Below, piece after piece: positions 49,606 through 61,194 of a stretch of DNA of 64,000 bases. Under the pieces are notes generated by a model that searched no databases, had not been told where the DNA came from, and worked only from the letters and a program-made list of their open reading frames with translations. The translations under genes and the position numbers were made by a program. The stretch is from Solirubrobacterales bacterium (GTDB taxonomy: Bacteria > Actinomycetota > Thermoleophilia > Solirubrobacterales > 70-9). The DNA lies in contig JBIOVV010000008.1 in assembly GCA_044867925.1 (NCBI GenBank), forward strand, positions 57,252 to 121,251, given 5' to 3'. Every line of letters starts with the position of its first letter. Position 1 is the stretch's first letter.

Positions 49606-50712
49606 ATGAGGATGCGCGCCGCAGTGCTGGAGGAGTTCGGCGAGCCGCTCGCGGTTCAGGAGGTCGAGCTGGCCGAGCCGCGGGCCGGCGAGGTGCTGGT
49701 CCGGCTCGCCGCCTGTGGCGTCTGCCACACCGACCTCTACACGGCCTCCGGGGCCGACCCCTCGGGCTACGCGCCGACGGTGCTCGGCCATGAGGGCGCG
49801 GGTGTCGTCGAGCGGGTCGGCCCGGATGTCACCTCACTCTCCGTGGGCGACCACGTCGTCACCCTCTTCTCGCCCCAGTGCGGCGAGTGCGTCCACTGCG
49901 TCGACCCGCGAACCAATCTCTGCATGGCGATCCGCGAGCAGCAGAACAAGGGCTTCCTCCCTGACGGCACGACGCGGATCTCGCGTGACGGGGACGGCAT
50001 CCGCCATTTCATGGGCTGCTCGACCTTTGCCGAGTACACGGTGATGCCGGAGATCGCGCTGGCGAAGGTGAGTCCGGAGGCGCCCTTCGAGCACGCCTGC
50101 CTCTTCGCCTGCGGGCTCTCGACCGGGCTCGGCGCCGCGATCAACACCGCCGCCGTATCGCCCGGCAGCACCTGTGCCGTCTTCGGGGCCGGGATGGTCG
50201 GGCTCGGTGCCGTTGCCGGCTGCCGCCTGCAGGGCGCCGAGCGCATCGTCTGCGTCGACCTCTCGCCGGAGCGGCTCGAGCTGGCTCGCGGCCAGGGGGC
50301 GACGCACACGCTCGAAGGCGGCCCCGGCGCCGTCGAGGAGATCCTCGAGATGACCGATGGCTTCGGCGCCGATTACACCTTCGAGGCGACCGGCAACGTC
50401 GCCGTGATGCGCCAGGCAGTCGAAGCGGCGCGCATGGCCTGGGGCCTCTGCACCGTTGCCGGCGTGGCCGGCAGGGGGGAGACCCTCGATGTCGTGCCGC
50501 GCTTCCTGATCACCGGCCGGCGCGTCGCCGGCTCCTCCTTCGGCGGCGTCAAGGGCCGCGACCAGGTGCCGCAGCTGATCGATCGCTACCTCGCCGGCGA
50601 GATCGACCTCGATCCGTTCGTCTCACACCGCATCGCCCTCGACGAGGTCAACCGCGGCTTCGAGCTGATGGAGGCCCAGGACGGCATCCGCAGCGTGATC
50701 GAGTTCAGCTAG
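49606..50712 (+). CDS. Zinc-dependent class III alcohol dehydrogenase / S-(hydroxymethyl)mycothiol-type dehydrogenase
   Basis: CGVCHTD, GHEGAGVVE, the structural-zinc cysteines CGECVHC...C, and the Rossmann motif VFGAGMVGLG. Confidence 0.92.
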   Translation: MRMRAAVLEEFGEPLAVQEVELAEPRAGEVLVRLAACGVCHTDLYTASGADPSGYAPTVLGHEGAGVVERVGPDVTSLSVGDHVVTLFSPQCGECVHCVDPRTNLCMAIREQQNKGFLPDGTTRISRDGDGIRHFMGCSTFAEYTVMPEIALAKVSPEAPFEHACLFACGLSTGLGAAINTAAVSPGSTCAVFGAGMVGLGAVAGCRLQGAERIVCVDLSPERLELARGQGATHTLEGGPGAVEEILEMTDGFGADYTFEATGNVAVMRQAVEAARMAWGLCTVAGVAGRGETLDVVPRFLITGRRVAGSSFGGVKGRDQVPQLIDRYLAGEIDLDPFVSHRIALDEVNRGFELMEAQDGIRSVIEFS

Positions 50713-50739
50713 CCGCGGCGTCGAGCGTCTCTACGGGGT

Positions 50740-51015
50740 CTACTCCTGCTGCTCCAGCTCGCGCTCGCGCTCGTCGGCCTTGCGCTCGTTGAGCTCAGCC
50801 TCGGCGGCCGTGCGGCGCGCCCGCTCCTCCGCCAGCTCGGCCTCGCCGCGGGCGCTCTCGGCCTGCTCACGATGATGGCTGACGTCGTCGCGCAGAGCCC
50901 GGCCCTGCGTTTTGCCGAACTGCCGTTCGCGCCTGCGCTTCGAGGCCGCCATGGCCAGCGCGGCGATCACCACCAGGGCAACCACGACGATCACGACGAT
51001 CAAAACGGTGGACAT
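50740..51015 (-). CDS. Small membrane-anchored coiled-coil protein
   Basis: The N-terminal TM helix is STVLIVVIVVVALVVIAALAMAA, followed by a charged helical region. Confidence 0.55.
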   Translation of the reverse strand: MSTVLIVVIVVVALVVIAALAMAASKRRRERQFGKTQGRALRDDVSHHREQAESARGEAELAEERARRTAAEAELNERKADERERELEQQE

Positions 51016-51101
51016 CGGATCCCTCCTCAGGAGCTTGGATCAATATTTCCCACCGCTCCGAGGTACCCGGACCGGGAAGTCAGAAACACTAAGTTGAGTT
51101 C

Positions 51102-51530
51102 GTGGCCTTCCGCAAGCTCCCGGCATCCGAGGCGTTCTGGCGCCCCTCGAACCAGATGAGGATCGAGAACACGGATCTCGCCGGTCAGCTCGAGGCCCGG
51201 CAGCTCGGGGCGAGGCTGTGGCGGCTGAGACCGGGCCAGGCCTCGACCCGGCACAGACACTTCGAGCAGGAGGAGCTCTACCTCCTGCTCGAGGGCGAGG
51301 GGCGGATGCGCGTCGACGACGATCTGCTCACCCTGGCGCCGTTGGACGCCGTCCTGGTCGAGCCCGAGTCGGCTCGCCAGGTCTTCAACGACACCGAGGC
51401 CGACCAGCTCTGGTTCGTCGCCGGGGCCCCGCGCGAGGCCGCCAACACGCTGGAGATGTCAGCCGAGCAGCTCGCCGCTCTCTACCCGGACGGCCCAAAA
51501 GCGCTGCCGCCGGAGCTCGAGTCGACCTAG
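51102..51530 (+). CDS. Cupin domain protein
   Basis: G.....H.H..EE.Y.LL.G.G...VDD (RHRHFEQEELYLLLEGEGRMRV) is the cupin motif. The start is uncertain; an alternative ATG is at 51156. Confidence 0.7.
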   Translation: MAFRKLPASEAFWRPSNQMRIENTDLAGQLEARQLGARLWRLRPGQASTRHRHFEQEELYLLLEGEGRMRVDDDLLTLAPLDAVLVEPESARQVFNDTEADQLWFVAGAPREAANTLEMSAEQLAALYPDGPKALPPELEST

Positions 51531-51763
51531 GCTCGGGCCAGCTCGCGGTCGATGATCTCGCTCAGGGCGTCCTCGATTCCCTCGGCGGGGGTGCCGGAGA
51601 TCCGGGCGCCCGTCGCTACGCCGCGGACGTTTTCGGCGGCGCGCAGGGCGTGCCAGTGGGAATCGAAGGATTCCCCGGAGGTCGCTACGGTGCGGCCGTC
51701 GGCGCCGAGCAGCCGCCAGCGCCACTTTCCGACAAGGTCTTCGTATGCGTCGAATTGGGGCAT
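51527..51763 (-). CDS. YegP/DUF1508 family protein (single repeat)
   Basis: I chose the internal ATG at 51763. FDAYEDLVGKWRWRLLGADGRTVATSGESF matches the DUF1508 pattern. Confidence 0.7.
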   Translation of the reverse strand: MPQFDAYEDLVGKWRWRLLGADGRTVATSGESFDSHWHALRAAENVRGVATGARISGTPAEGIEDALSEIIDRELARA

Positions 51764-51792
51764 CTCGTCTCCTAAATCTCGAATGGGAACAT

Positions 51793-52287
51793 ATGTTCGC
51801 ATCCGTGACGGCGGAAAAAGATGAGCGAGGCTTATTTGGCTTGACAGGCTGCTTGGTCGGGCTTGTGTTGCTGGCGGCCGCAAGCGGCTGCGGCGGCACG
51901 GGCGCCGGGCCGGAGCCTGGCTCCGAGGCGTCAGCGGTGGAGCGCCCCACCGTTCCCGAGCGACCGAGGAGAGCCGCTGAGACGGTCGAGCCCTCCCACT
52001 GTCCAGCCGAACTGCCCAGCTGCCGCACGGTCGAGGGGCGGATCACATATGTCGAGCGGGTCGATCCCGACGGCGACGGGGACGCCCACTTCGTCGTCGT
52101 CGATCCGCAGGGGATCACTCTTCCCGGCCTGACCGCGATCGATGTCCGCGCCGGCCTGCGCCCCGATCCGCTGCCCGGGATCGGCGAGCTGATCAGCGCC
52201 GCCGGCCCGGTTCAGACCGGCTCCTACGGCCAGAGCCAGATCCACGCCTTGGAACTGCACGTGGCCGGGCCCGGACCTGACGACTGA
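51793..52287 (+). CDS. Lipoprotein, function unknown
   Basis: The lipobox-like sequence is LVGLVLLAAASGC. The start, ATG 51793 or a downstream TTG, is uncertain. Confidence 0.55.
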   Translation: MFASVTAEKDERGLFGLTGCLVGLVLLAAASGCGGTGAGPEPGSEASAVERPTVPERPRRAAETVEPSHCPAELPSCRTVEGRITYVERVDPDGDGDAHFVVVDPQGITLPGLTAIDVRAGLRPDPLPGIGELISAAGPVQTGSYGQSQIHALELHVAGPGPDD

Positions 52288-52337
52288 TCGATTTGCCCCC
52301 GAATGCGTGGGTCAATCGTTCAGTCGGAGCCGAGAGG

Positions 52338-53924
52338 CTAGACCGGGGTACCCGCGGCGGAGAGGCGCTCGTGGACGAAGCGGACCACCGTGGCGCCCTC
52401 GCCGACCGCGGTCGCACAGCGCTTGGTCGAGCCGGCGCGAACGTCGCCGGCGGCGTAGATGCCGGGGACGTTGGTTTCGAGCAGGCCGTCGGCGCCGGCT
52501 TCGGCGCCGGTGAGCACGAACCCCTTGGGGTCGCGGGCGATCGCATCGCCGAGCCAGTCGGTGCAGGGGGTGGCGCCGAGAAAGAGGAAGAGGTAGGAGA
52601 ACGGCAGTCGCTCGCCGTCGGTCAGGGTCACCGCCTCGAGCCGTCCATCGTCGCCGTGCAGGGCACTGACTTCGCTGCGGTCGCGGACGGCGACGCCATA
52701 GCGATCGAGCTCCTCGATCAGGTAGCTGGACATCGTCTCGCCGAGCGCGGCGCGCCGGTGCAGCAGGGTGACGAGGGCGCCGCCGCGGGCCAGCCAGACC
52801 GCCGCCTGCGCCGCCGAGTTGCCGCCGCCGATCACTCCCACTCGCTGGGCGCCGCAGAGCTGGCCCTCAGGCGGGCCGGCGGCGTAGAAGACGCTAAGCC
52901 CCTCGTAGCTATCGAGGCCGTCGACCGGCAGGCGCCGGTATTCGGCGCCGGTGGAGAGCAGGACCGCCCGCGCGTGGATCTCGTTGCCGTCCTCGAGCCT
53001 GACCAGGTGCCGGTCGCCGCCGGGCTCGAGGGCGCGGGCGCGGTAGGGCGTCGCCGTGCGGGCGCCGAACTTGCGCGCCTGGGTGACGGCGCGGCTGGTC
53101 AGCTCGGTGCCGCTGACGCCGGCCGGGAAGCCGAGGTAGTTCTCGATCCGGCGCGAGGTGCCGGCCTGCCCGCCGAGCACGGTGCTCTCGATCACCAGCG
53201 TGTCGAGGCCCTCCGAGGCGCCGTAGACGGCGGCGCCGAGCCCGGCCGGTCCGCCGCCGAGGATGACCAGGTCGACTTCCTCCCGCTGTTCCAGCTCCAG
53301 GCCGATCCCCAGCGCTCGCGAGAGCTGGCCGTTGCTCGGGTTGCGCAGCTCGGTGCCGCCGGGCAGCCGCACGAGGGGAATCTCACTGGGCGCGAATCCC
53401 TCGATCAGCGCCGCCGCCGCCTCGTTCTCCACGGGCGAGGCCCAAGAGTGGGGGAGCCGTCCGCGCCGGGCGAAGTCGAGCAGGCGGCGGGTCTCGCTCG
53501 AGTCGCGCGGGCCGACGATCTCGATCCCGATCCCCTGCTGTCGCTGCAGCGCCTCGCGCCGCTCGATGAATGCGGAGAGCAGCAGGTCGGAGAGCGAGCC
53601 GTCCTCGAAGAGCAGCTTCCGCAGCGCTTCCCGGTCGACCGCGATGTAGCGCAGCGGCTCGGTGACGACCGCGGTGAGGAAGACGGTCTGCCCGGAGAGC
53701 AGGTTCATCTCGCCGAGGAAGCCGGCGTCGCCGTGGCGGACGATCTCTTGGCCGGCCGGGTCGGTGACCGCGATCTCGCCCTCCTGGATGGCGATGAACG
53801 GGTAGCTCGCGTCGCCGACCTCGAAGAGCTTCTCGCCGACCGTGGCGGTGCGCTCCTCGCCGAGCGCGGCGAGGGTGGCGAGCTGGGAGCTGGAGAGAAC
53901 CCGGCTGGTCGGACCGGAGGCCAT
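52338..53924 (-). CDS. FAD-dependent pyridine-nucleotide disulfide oxidoreductase (thioredoxin-reductase-like) with an N-terminal cyclic-nucleotide-binding domain
   Basis: The N-terminal cNMP-like beta-roll includes GDAGFLGEMNLL. FAD motif LVILGGGPAGLGAA, second Rossmann VIGGGNSAAQAA, and the C-terminal GIYAAGDVR. Confidence 0.85.
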   Translation of the reverse strand: MASGPTSRVLSSSQLATLAALGEERTATVGEKLFEVGDASYPFIAIQEGEIAVTDPAGQEIVRHGDAGFLGEMNLLSGQTVFLTAVVTEPLRYIAVDREALRKLLFEDGSLSDLLLSAFIERREALQRQQGIGIEIVGPRDSSETRRLLDFARRGRLPHSWASPVENEAAAALIEGFAPSEIPLVRLPGGTELRNPSNGQLSRALGIGLELEQREEVDLVILGGGPAGLGAAVYGASEGLDTLVIESTVLGGQAGTSRRIENYLGFPAGVSGTELTSRAVTQARKFGARTATPYRARALEPGGDRHLVRLEDGNEIHARAVLLSTGAEYRRLPVDGLDSYEGLSVFYAAGPPEGQLCGAQRVGVIGGGNSAAQAAVWLARGGALVTLLHRRAALGETMSSYLIEELDRYGVAVRDRSEVSALHGDDGRLEAVTLTDGERLPFSYLFLFLGATPCTDWLGDAIARDPKGFVLTGAEAGADGLLETNVPGIYAAGDVRAGSTKRCATAVGEGATVVRFVHERLSAAGTPV

Positions 53925-53979
53925 TCGCGGCCAAGCCTAGATGGTCGGGCCCGGCGGCCCAGAATGAAAGGCTAGGCCG

Positions 53980-55866
53980 ATGAGCAGGGCGCGAGTCAGG
54001 TCGGCGTTCAGCGGGCGAACCGCCTGGGCGCGCAGCCTGCAGGCGCCGCTGCGCGACTTCCTCACCACCGAGACCGGCAGCGCCAGCGTGCTGCTCGCCG
54101 CCGCCGTGGCGGCGCTGCTCTGGGCCAACCTCGACCTCTCTTCCTACGACGGCGTCTGGCACACGGAGCTCTCGATCCAGGTCGGGGACTCGGGCATCTC
54201 CCAGAGCCTGCGCGACTGGGTCAACAACGGGCTGATGACGTTCTTCTTCTTCGTCGTCGGGCTCGAGGTGCGCCGCGAGTTCGACGTCGGCGAGCTGCGC
54301 GAGCGCCGCCGCCTCACCCTGCCGGTCTTCGCCGCCCTGGGCGGGATGCTCGTGCCGGTCGCGATCTTCCTCGCCTTTAACGCCGGCGAGCCCTCGGCCC
54401 AGGGCTGGGGGGTGGCGATGTCGACCGACACCGCCTTCGCGCTCGGCATGCTCGCCCTGGTCGGGCCCCGCTTTCCCGACCGCCTGCGCGGCTTCATGCT
54501 GACGATCATCGTCGTCGACGACGTGATCGCGCTGCTGGTCATCGTCGCCGCCTACAGCGGGCCGATCGACCTCGAGCCGCTGCTGATCGCCGCCGGCGCC
54601 TTCGGCCTGATCCTGATCGCCCTCGCCGCGCGGATCCGGCCCGGCCTCGTCTACCTGTTGCTGGCCGCGGTTGCCTGGGTGGCGCTCTTCGAGTCCGGCG
54701 TCGATCCCGTCGTCCTCGGCCTGATGGTCGGCCTGATCACCTGGGCCTACCCGGCCGGGCGCGGCGAGCTGGAGCGGGCGACCGACCTCTTCCGCAGCTT
54801 CCGCGAGCAGCCGACGCCGGAGCTGGCCCGCTCGGCCCGGGCAGGCCTCGACGCCGCCGTCTCGCCCAACGCCCGCCTGCTGAAGCTCTACCACCCCTGG
54901 ACCAGCTACGTGATCGTGCCCCTGTTCGCCCTCGCCAACGTCGGCATCGCGATCGACGGCGACTTTCTCGCCGCCGCCTACGCCTCGCCGATCACGCTGG
55001 GGATCATCGTCGCCTACGTGCTCGGCAAGCCGGTCGGGGTGACCGGCGCGGCGCTGCTGGTGACGAAGCTGAGCCGCGGGCGGCTGCGGCCGCCGGTCGG
55101 CTGGGCCGCCACGGCGGGCGGCGGCGCGATCGCCGGGATCGGCTTCACCGTCTCGCTGCTGATCGCCGACCTCGCCTTCCGTGGGATCGAGCTGCGCGAG
55201 GCGAAGCTCGGCGTGCTGAGCGCGGCGCTCTGCGCCTCGCTGCTGACCTGGCTCCTCTTCCGTGCCACCGCGATGCTGCCGCGCCGGGCGCGCATCCGGG
55301 CCCTGCTGGGAACGTCGGAAACGCTGGTCGACCTCGCGGTGCCGGTCGATCCCGCGCGTGACCACCTGCGCGGGCCCCACGATGCTCCGGTCACGGTCGT
55401 CGAGTACGGCGACTTCGAGTGCCCCTATTGCGGCAAGGCCGAGCCGGTGATCCGCGAGCTGCTGGCCGACTTCGTCGACGTCCGCTACGTCTGGCGCCAC
55501 CTGCCCCTCGCCGATGTCCATCCCCGGGCCGAGCTCGCCGCCGAGGCGGCGGAGGCCGCCGCTGCCCAGGGCGCCTTCTGGGAGATGCACGACCTGCTGC
55601 TCGACCACCAGGGCGACCTGAGGCCGCGCGATCTGCACGCCTACGCGGAGCAGCTGGGCCTCGACCTCGAGCGCTACCGCGAGCAGCTGAGCGAGCACGC
55701 CCACGCCCCGCGCATCGAGGAAGACGTCGACTCCGCCGACATCAGCGGCGTCACCGGCACCCCGACCTTCTTCATCAACGAGCGCCGCCACGACGGCGCC
55801 TACGACATCGAGACGCTCGAGGCCGCGGTGCGAGCGGCGGGCGCCCGCTCCGTCATCGCTTCCTAG
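53980..55866 (+). CDS. nhaA: Na+/H+ antiporter NhaA fused to a C-terminal DsbA-like thioredoxin domain
   Basis: The NhaA blocks are WVNNGLMTFFFFVVGLEVRRE, AMSTDTAFALG and IVDDVIAL. The C-terminal domain has VVEYGDFECPYCG (C-P-Y-C) and GTPTFFIN. Confidence 0.88.
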   Translation: MSRARVRSAFSGRTAWARSLQAPLRDFLTTETGSASVLLAAAVAALLWANLDLSSYDGVWHTELSIQVGDSGISQSLRDWVNNGLMTFFFFVVGLEVRREFDVGELRERRRLTLPVFAALGGMLVPVAIFLAFNAGEPSAQGWGVAMSTDTAFALGMLALVGPRFPDRLRGFMLTIIVVDDVIALLVIVAAYSGPIDLEPLLIAAGAFGLILIALAARIRPGLVYLLLAAVAWVALFESGVDPVVLGLMVGLITWAYPAGRGELERATDLFRSFREQPTPELARSARAGLDAAVSPNARLLKLYHPWTSYVIVPLFALANVGIAIDGDFLAAAYASPITLGIIVAYVLGKPVGVTGAALLVTKLSRGRLRPPVGWAATAGGGAIAGIGFTVSLLIADLAFRGIELREAKLGVLSAALCASLLTWLLFRATAMLPRRARIRALLGTSETLVDLAVPVDPARDHLRGPHDAPVTVVEYGDFECPYCGKAEPVIRELLADFVDVRYVWRHLPLADVHPRAELAAEAAEAAAAQGAFWEMHDLLLDHQGDLRPRDLHAYAEQLGLDLERYREQLSEHAHAPRIEEDVDSADISGVTGTPTFFINERRHDGAYDIETLEAAVRAAGARSVIAS

Positions 55867-56195
55867 CCGCGGTGCTCCTGCTCCTCGACGGTCAGCTCTG
55901 CCGTCGGGAAGGCCTCGAGCCGCTCGTCGGGGATCGGCTCGCCGCTCTGGACCGAGATCCCGTAGGTGCCGGCGCCGAGCCGCACCTCGGCGCGCTGGAC
56001 GTCGGAGAGCTTGCGGCGAAGGTCCTGCAGCCGGCCGGCATCGACCTCGTCCTGATAGAGGCCCTCCGAGTTTGCGTCTCCCGGTTCGACGCGCGAGTCC
56101 CCCTCCTCGGGGCCGCCGCGTTCGATCGCGGCGATCTCCCGCTCGACCTGCTCGCGCTCGCGGTGAAGCAGTTCCCTGGCTCGCTCCGGCTTCAC
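55863..56195 (-). CDS. TraR/DksA-like protein lacking the zinc-finger cysteines
   Basis: It has a coiled-coil N-terminus. GTYGISVQSGEPIPDERLEAFPTAELTVEEQ aligns with GTYG.C..CGE.I...RL.A.P.A..C..C, with all four Cys replaced. Confidence 0.6.
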   Translation of the reverse strand: MKPERARELLHREREQVEREIAAIERGGPEEGDSRVEPGDANSEGLYQDEVDAGRLQDLRRKLSDVQRAEVRLGAGTYGISVQSGEPIPDERLEAFPTAELTVEEQEHRG

Positions 56196-56297
56196 GGCGG
56201 CAACCGTAACGCTTTTTGGCTCTCTGGCGACCAGAAAGCGTTGCGGCCGGGCTGCGCTATCCTGTTCGAAGACTAACTACAGAAATTGGACTTAGAT

Positions 56298-58572
<2,275 letters not shown>

Positions 58573-58592
<20 letters not shown>

Positions 58593-58902
58593 CTGCGTCC
58601 CGGTCCCGGCCGAGATGCGGGCGACGGCGACGCTGCTCGAGCGCCGCTGGACGCTGGCGACGATCTACGCCTGCGCCAGCGGCGCCGCCCGCTCCAACGA
58701 GTTCCGCCAATCCCTCCCCGGCGTCTCGCCGACCACCCTTTCCGAGCGCCTCGAGCAGCTCGAGGCCGCCCAGATCGTCGAGCGCCACCTGGTGCCGGGC
58801 CGCCCCCCGCACACCGAGTACGTCCTCACCCGACAGGGGGAGCAGCTCGCGCGTGCCGTCGCAGGCCTGCTGGAAGAGGGGGTGAAAGGGCCGCGGGCTT
58901 GA
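58573..58902 (+). CDS. HxlR-type winged-helix transcriptional regulator
   Basis: LLERRW...I......G..RSNEFRQSLPGVSPTTLSERLEQLEAAQIVER...P..TEY.LT..G. It overlaps the lon 3' end by 20 nt if the ATG at 58573 is used. Confidence 0.75.
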
Positions 58903-58981
58903 GCTGACGGCGCCGAGCGGTTTGGGTCTCCCCATATGGGGTAGCGGAGGTGGCCGGGCATTCCGACCTGGGAGGGATTCG

Positions 58982-60250
58982 ATGTTGAGATATCTGACCG
59001 CCTTGGCGCTGTGTCTCGGAGCCGTCGGGCTCTCCGCCTGCGGCGGCGGAGACGACGGCGGTGGTGGAGCCTCTGAAGCCAACGCGCTGCGGCCGTCGGA
59101 CGCCAAGGGAGCCTCCGGGAACGTCACCTGGTGCATCGGCAAGGACACCAGCGGCGCCTTCAGGACCGCGGTCGACCAGTTCAACCAGCAGAACCCGGAG
59201 CTGGAGGCCGACCTGCTCGAACTCCCCGAAAGCGCCGACATCCAGCGCGAACAGCAGATCCAGCGCCTGCGGGCCGAATCGAGTGAGTGCGACGTGCTGG
59301 GAATGGACGTGATCTGGACCGCTGAGTACGCCGCGTCGGGTTGGCTCTACGACCTCACTCCGGCGGTCGAAGCGCACGAAGAAGAGTTCATCCCCTCGAC
59401 GGTGGAAACCGTCGAGTACGAAGGCAAGAAGTGGGCGCTGCCCTTCAACACCAACGCCGGGTTCCTCTTCTACCGGACGGACGAAGTGCCGCAAGCGCCG
59501 ACTACCTGGGAGGCCGTCTACAAGGACGCGGGCGGGAAGAACGGCCTCGTCTATCAGGGCGAACGGTACGAGGGCCTGACGGTCAACTTCCTCGAGCTCC
59601 TCTACAGCGCCGGCGGCGAAGTCCTCGCCGACGACGGGGAAACGGTCGAGATCGACTCCCCGGAGACGCGGGAAGCACTCGAATTCATGGCCGACGGGAT
59701 CGACGAAGGGGCGGTGCCGAAGGCGGTCACCACCTACGAAGAGGAGAGCTCGAGACGGGCCTTCGAGGCCAGCAACGCCACCTTCATGCGCAACTGGCCC
59801 TACGCCTACGCGCTCGGCAAGGAATCGAACATCGCCGACGACTTCGCGGTGACGAAGTTCCCGGGCTTTGCCGGGAACGAAGGCGCGGGCGTCGTGGGCG
59901 GCTACAACCTCGGCATCTCGGCGTACACCGACAACCCCGACGGCTCGCTCGCCTTCGCGGAATTCCTGGTGACGCCGGCCGTGCAGAAGCAGATGTTCAT
60001 CAAGGCCACGCTGCCGGCAACCGCGACCTCGGTCTACAAGGATCCGGAGGTCCAGAAAGAGATTCCGTTCACCACAGAACTGCTGAAAGCGGTCGAACAG
60101 GCCCAGGCCCGGCCGGTTTCCCCGGTCTACACGGAAATCTCGCAGGCGATTTACGACAACGTCTTCGAAGTCCTCAACGGGAAGCAGTCGCCGGACCAGG
60201 CGACCTCGAAGATGAACTCAGAAATTGAGGATGCGCTGGCGAGGTTCTAG
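58982..60250 (+). CDS. Sugar ABC transporter substrate-binding lipoprotein (family 1)
   Basis: I chose the ATG at 58982, which gives the lipobox MLRYLTALALCLGAVGLSAC. Typical blocks are LDVIWTAEYA, ALPFNTNAG.LFYR and NLGISAYT. Confidence 0.88.
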   Translation: MLRYLTALALCLGAVGLSACGGGDDGGGGASEANALRPSDAKGASGNVTWCIGKDTSGAFRTAVDQFNQQNPELEADLLELPESADIQREQQIQRLRAESSECDVLGMDVIWTAEYAASGWLYDLTPAVEAHEEEFIPSTVETVEYEGKKWALPFNTNAGFLFYRTDEVPQAPTTWEAVYKDAGGKNGLVYQGERYEGLTVNFLELLYSAGGEVLADDGETVEIDSPETREALEFMADGIDEGAVPKAVTTYEEESSRRAFEASNATFMRNWPYAYALGKESNIADDFAVTKFPGFAGNEGAGVVGGYNLGISAYTDNPDGSLAFAEFLVTPAVQKQMFIKATLPATATSVYKDPEVQKEIPFTTELLKAVEQAQARPVSPVYTEISQAIYDNVFEVLNGKQSPDQATSKMNSEIEDALARF

Positions 60251-61191
60251 TGGAGGGAAAGGCCGAGGGGCTACGGATTCCCCGCCGCCGGCGGCGCTCG
60301 CTCTTCCAGGGGGAGCGCCGCCTCGGGGCGACGATGGTCGCTCCTTCTCTGGCCGTCATCGCGCTCGTCGCGGCCTATCCGATCTGTTACGCGGTCTGGC
60401 TCTCGCTCAACGAATACAGCGTCATCACCCCGGGCCTCTCGAGGTTCGTCGGGCTCGATAACTACATCGACGCCCTCGGCTCCTCGGACTTCTGGGGCGC
60501 CTGGACGACGACGATCGTCTTCACGGCGATCTCGGTCACCCTTGAGCTGGTCATCGGGCTTGCGATGGCCCTCGTCATGCACGCGGCCTTCCGTGGGCGG
60601 GCGCTGCTGCGGGCGGTGGTGCTCGTGCCGTGGGCGATCCTCACGGTGGTGACCGCGATCACCTGGCGGACGATCTTCGAGCCCGAACTCGGCTTCGTAA
60701 ACACGATGCTGGACGCGCTCTCGCTTCCCGGGGGGGACGTCGTCTGGCTCGGCGAGGAAGGCTACGCGCTCGCCGTGATGATCCTCGCCGACGTCTGGAA
60801 GACGTCGCCGTTCATGGCGCTGCTGCTGCTTGCCGGGCTGCAGGGGATCCCCGCTGAGCTGCATGACGCGGCGAAGGTCGACGGGGCCGGCACCTGGCAG
60901 CGGTTCCGCAACATCACCCTGCCGCTCCTGGTCCCGGCGATAACCGTGGCGCTGATCTTCCGCAGTCTGGACGCATTGCGGATCTTCGACCTCCCCTACA
61001 TCCTCACGCGCGGTGCGAACGGGACGGAAACGCTGTCGCTGATCGCGCAAGAGGAACTGGTCACCAACCGCAACACGGGATTCGGCTCGGCGCTCTCGGT
61101 GCTCACCTTCCTCACGGTGATGGGCATCTCGTTCCTCTACATCCGCTTCATGGGCGGCAACATCCGCGCCCTCACCCGGGAGGAGGAGTAA
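60250..61191 (+). CDS. Sugar ABC transporter permease (MalF/ThuF-like)
   Basis: The EAA loop is DAAKVDGAGTWQRFRNITLPLL, with 6 TM segments. The GTG start overlaps the upstream stop. Confidence 0.88.
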   Translation: MEGKAEGLRIPRRRRRSLFQGERRLGATMVAPSLAVIALVAAYPICYAVWLSLNEYSVITPGLSRFVGLDNYIDALGSSDFWGAWTTTIVFTAISVTLELVIGLAMALVMHAAFRGRALLRAVVLVPWAILTVVTAITWRTIFEPELGFVNTMLDALSLPGGDVVWLGEEGYALAVMILADVWKTSPFMALLLLAGLQGIPAELHDAAKVDGAGTWQRFRNITLPLLVPAITVALIFRSLDALRIFDLPYILTRGANGTETLSLIAQEELVTNRNTGFGSALSVLTFLTVMGISFLYIRFMGGNIRALTREEE

Positions 61192-61194
61192 CCG

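Noticed and set aside
53383-55791. 802-aa minus-strand ORF
   Set aside because: It is antisense to the NhaA::DsbA gene. It has low-complexity Arg/Gly/Asp/Glu composition and no motifs.
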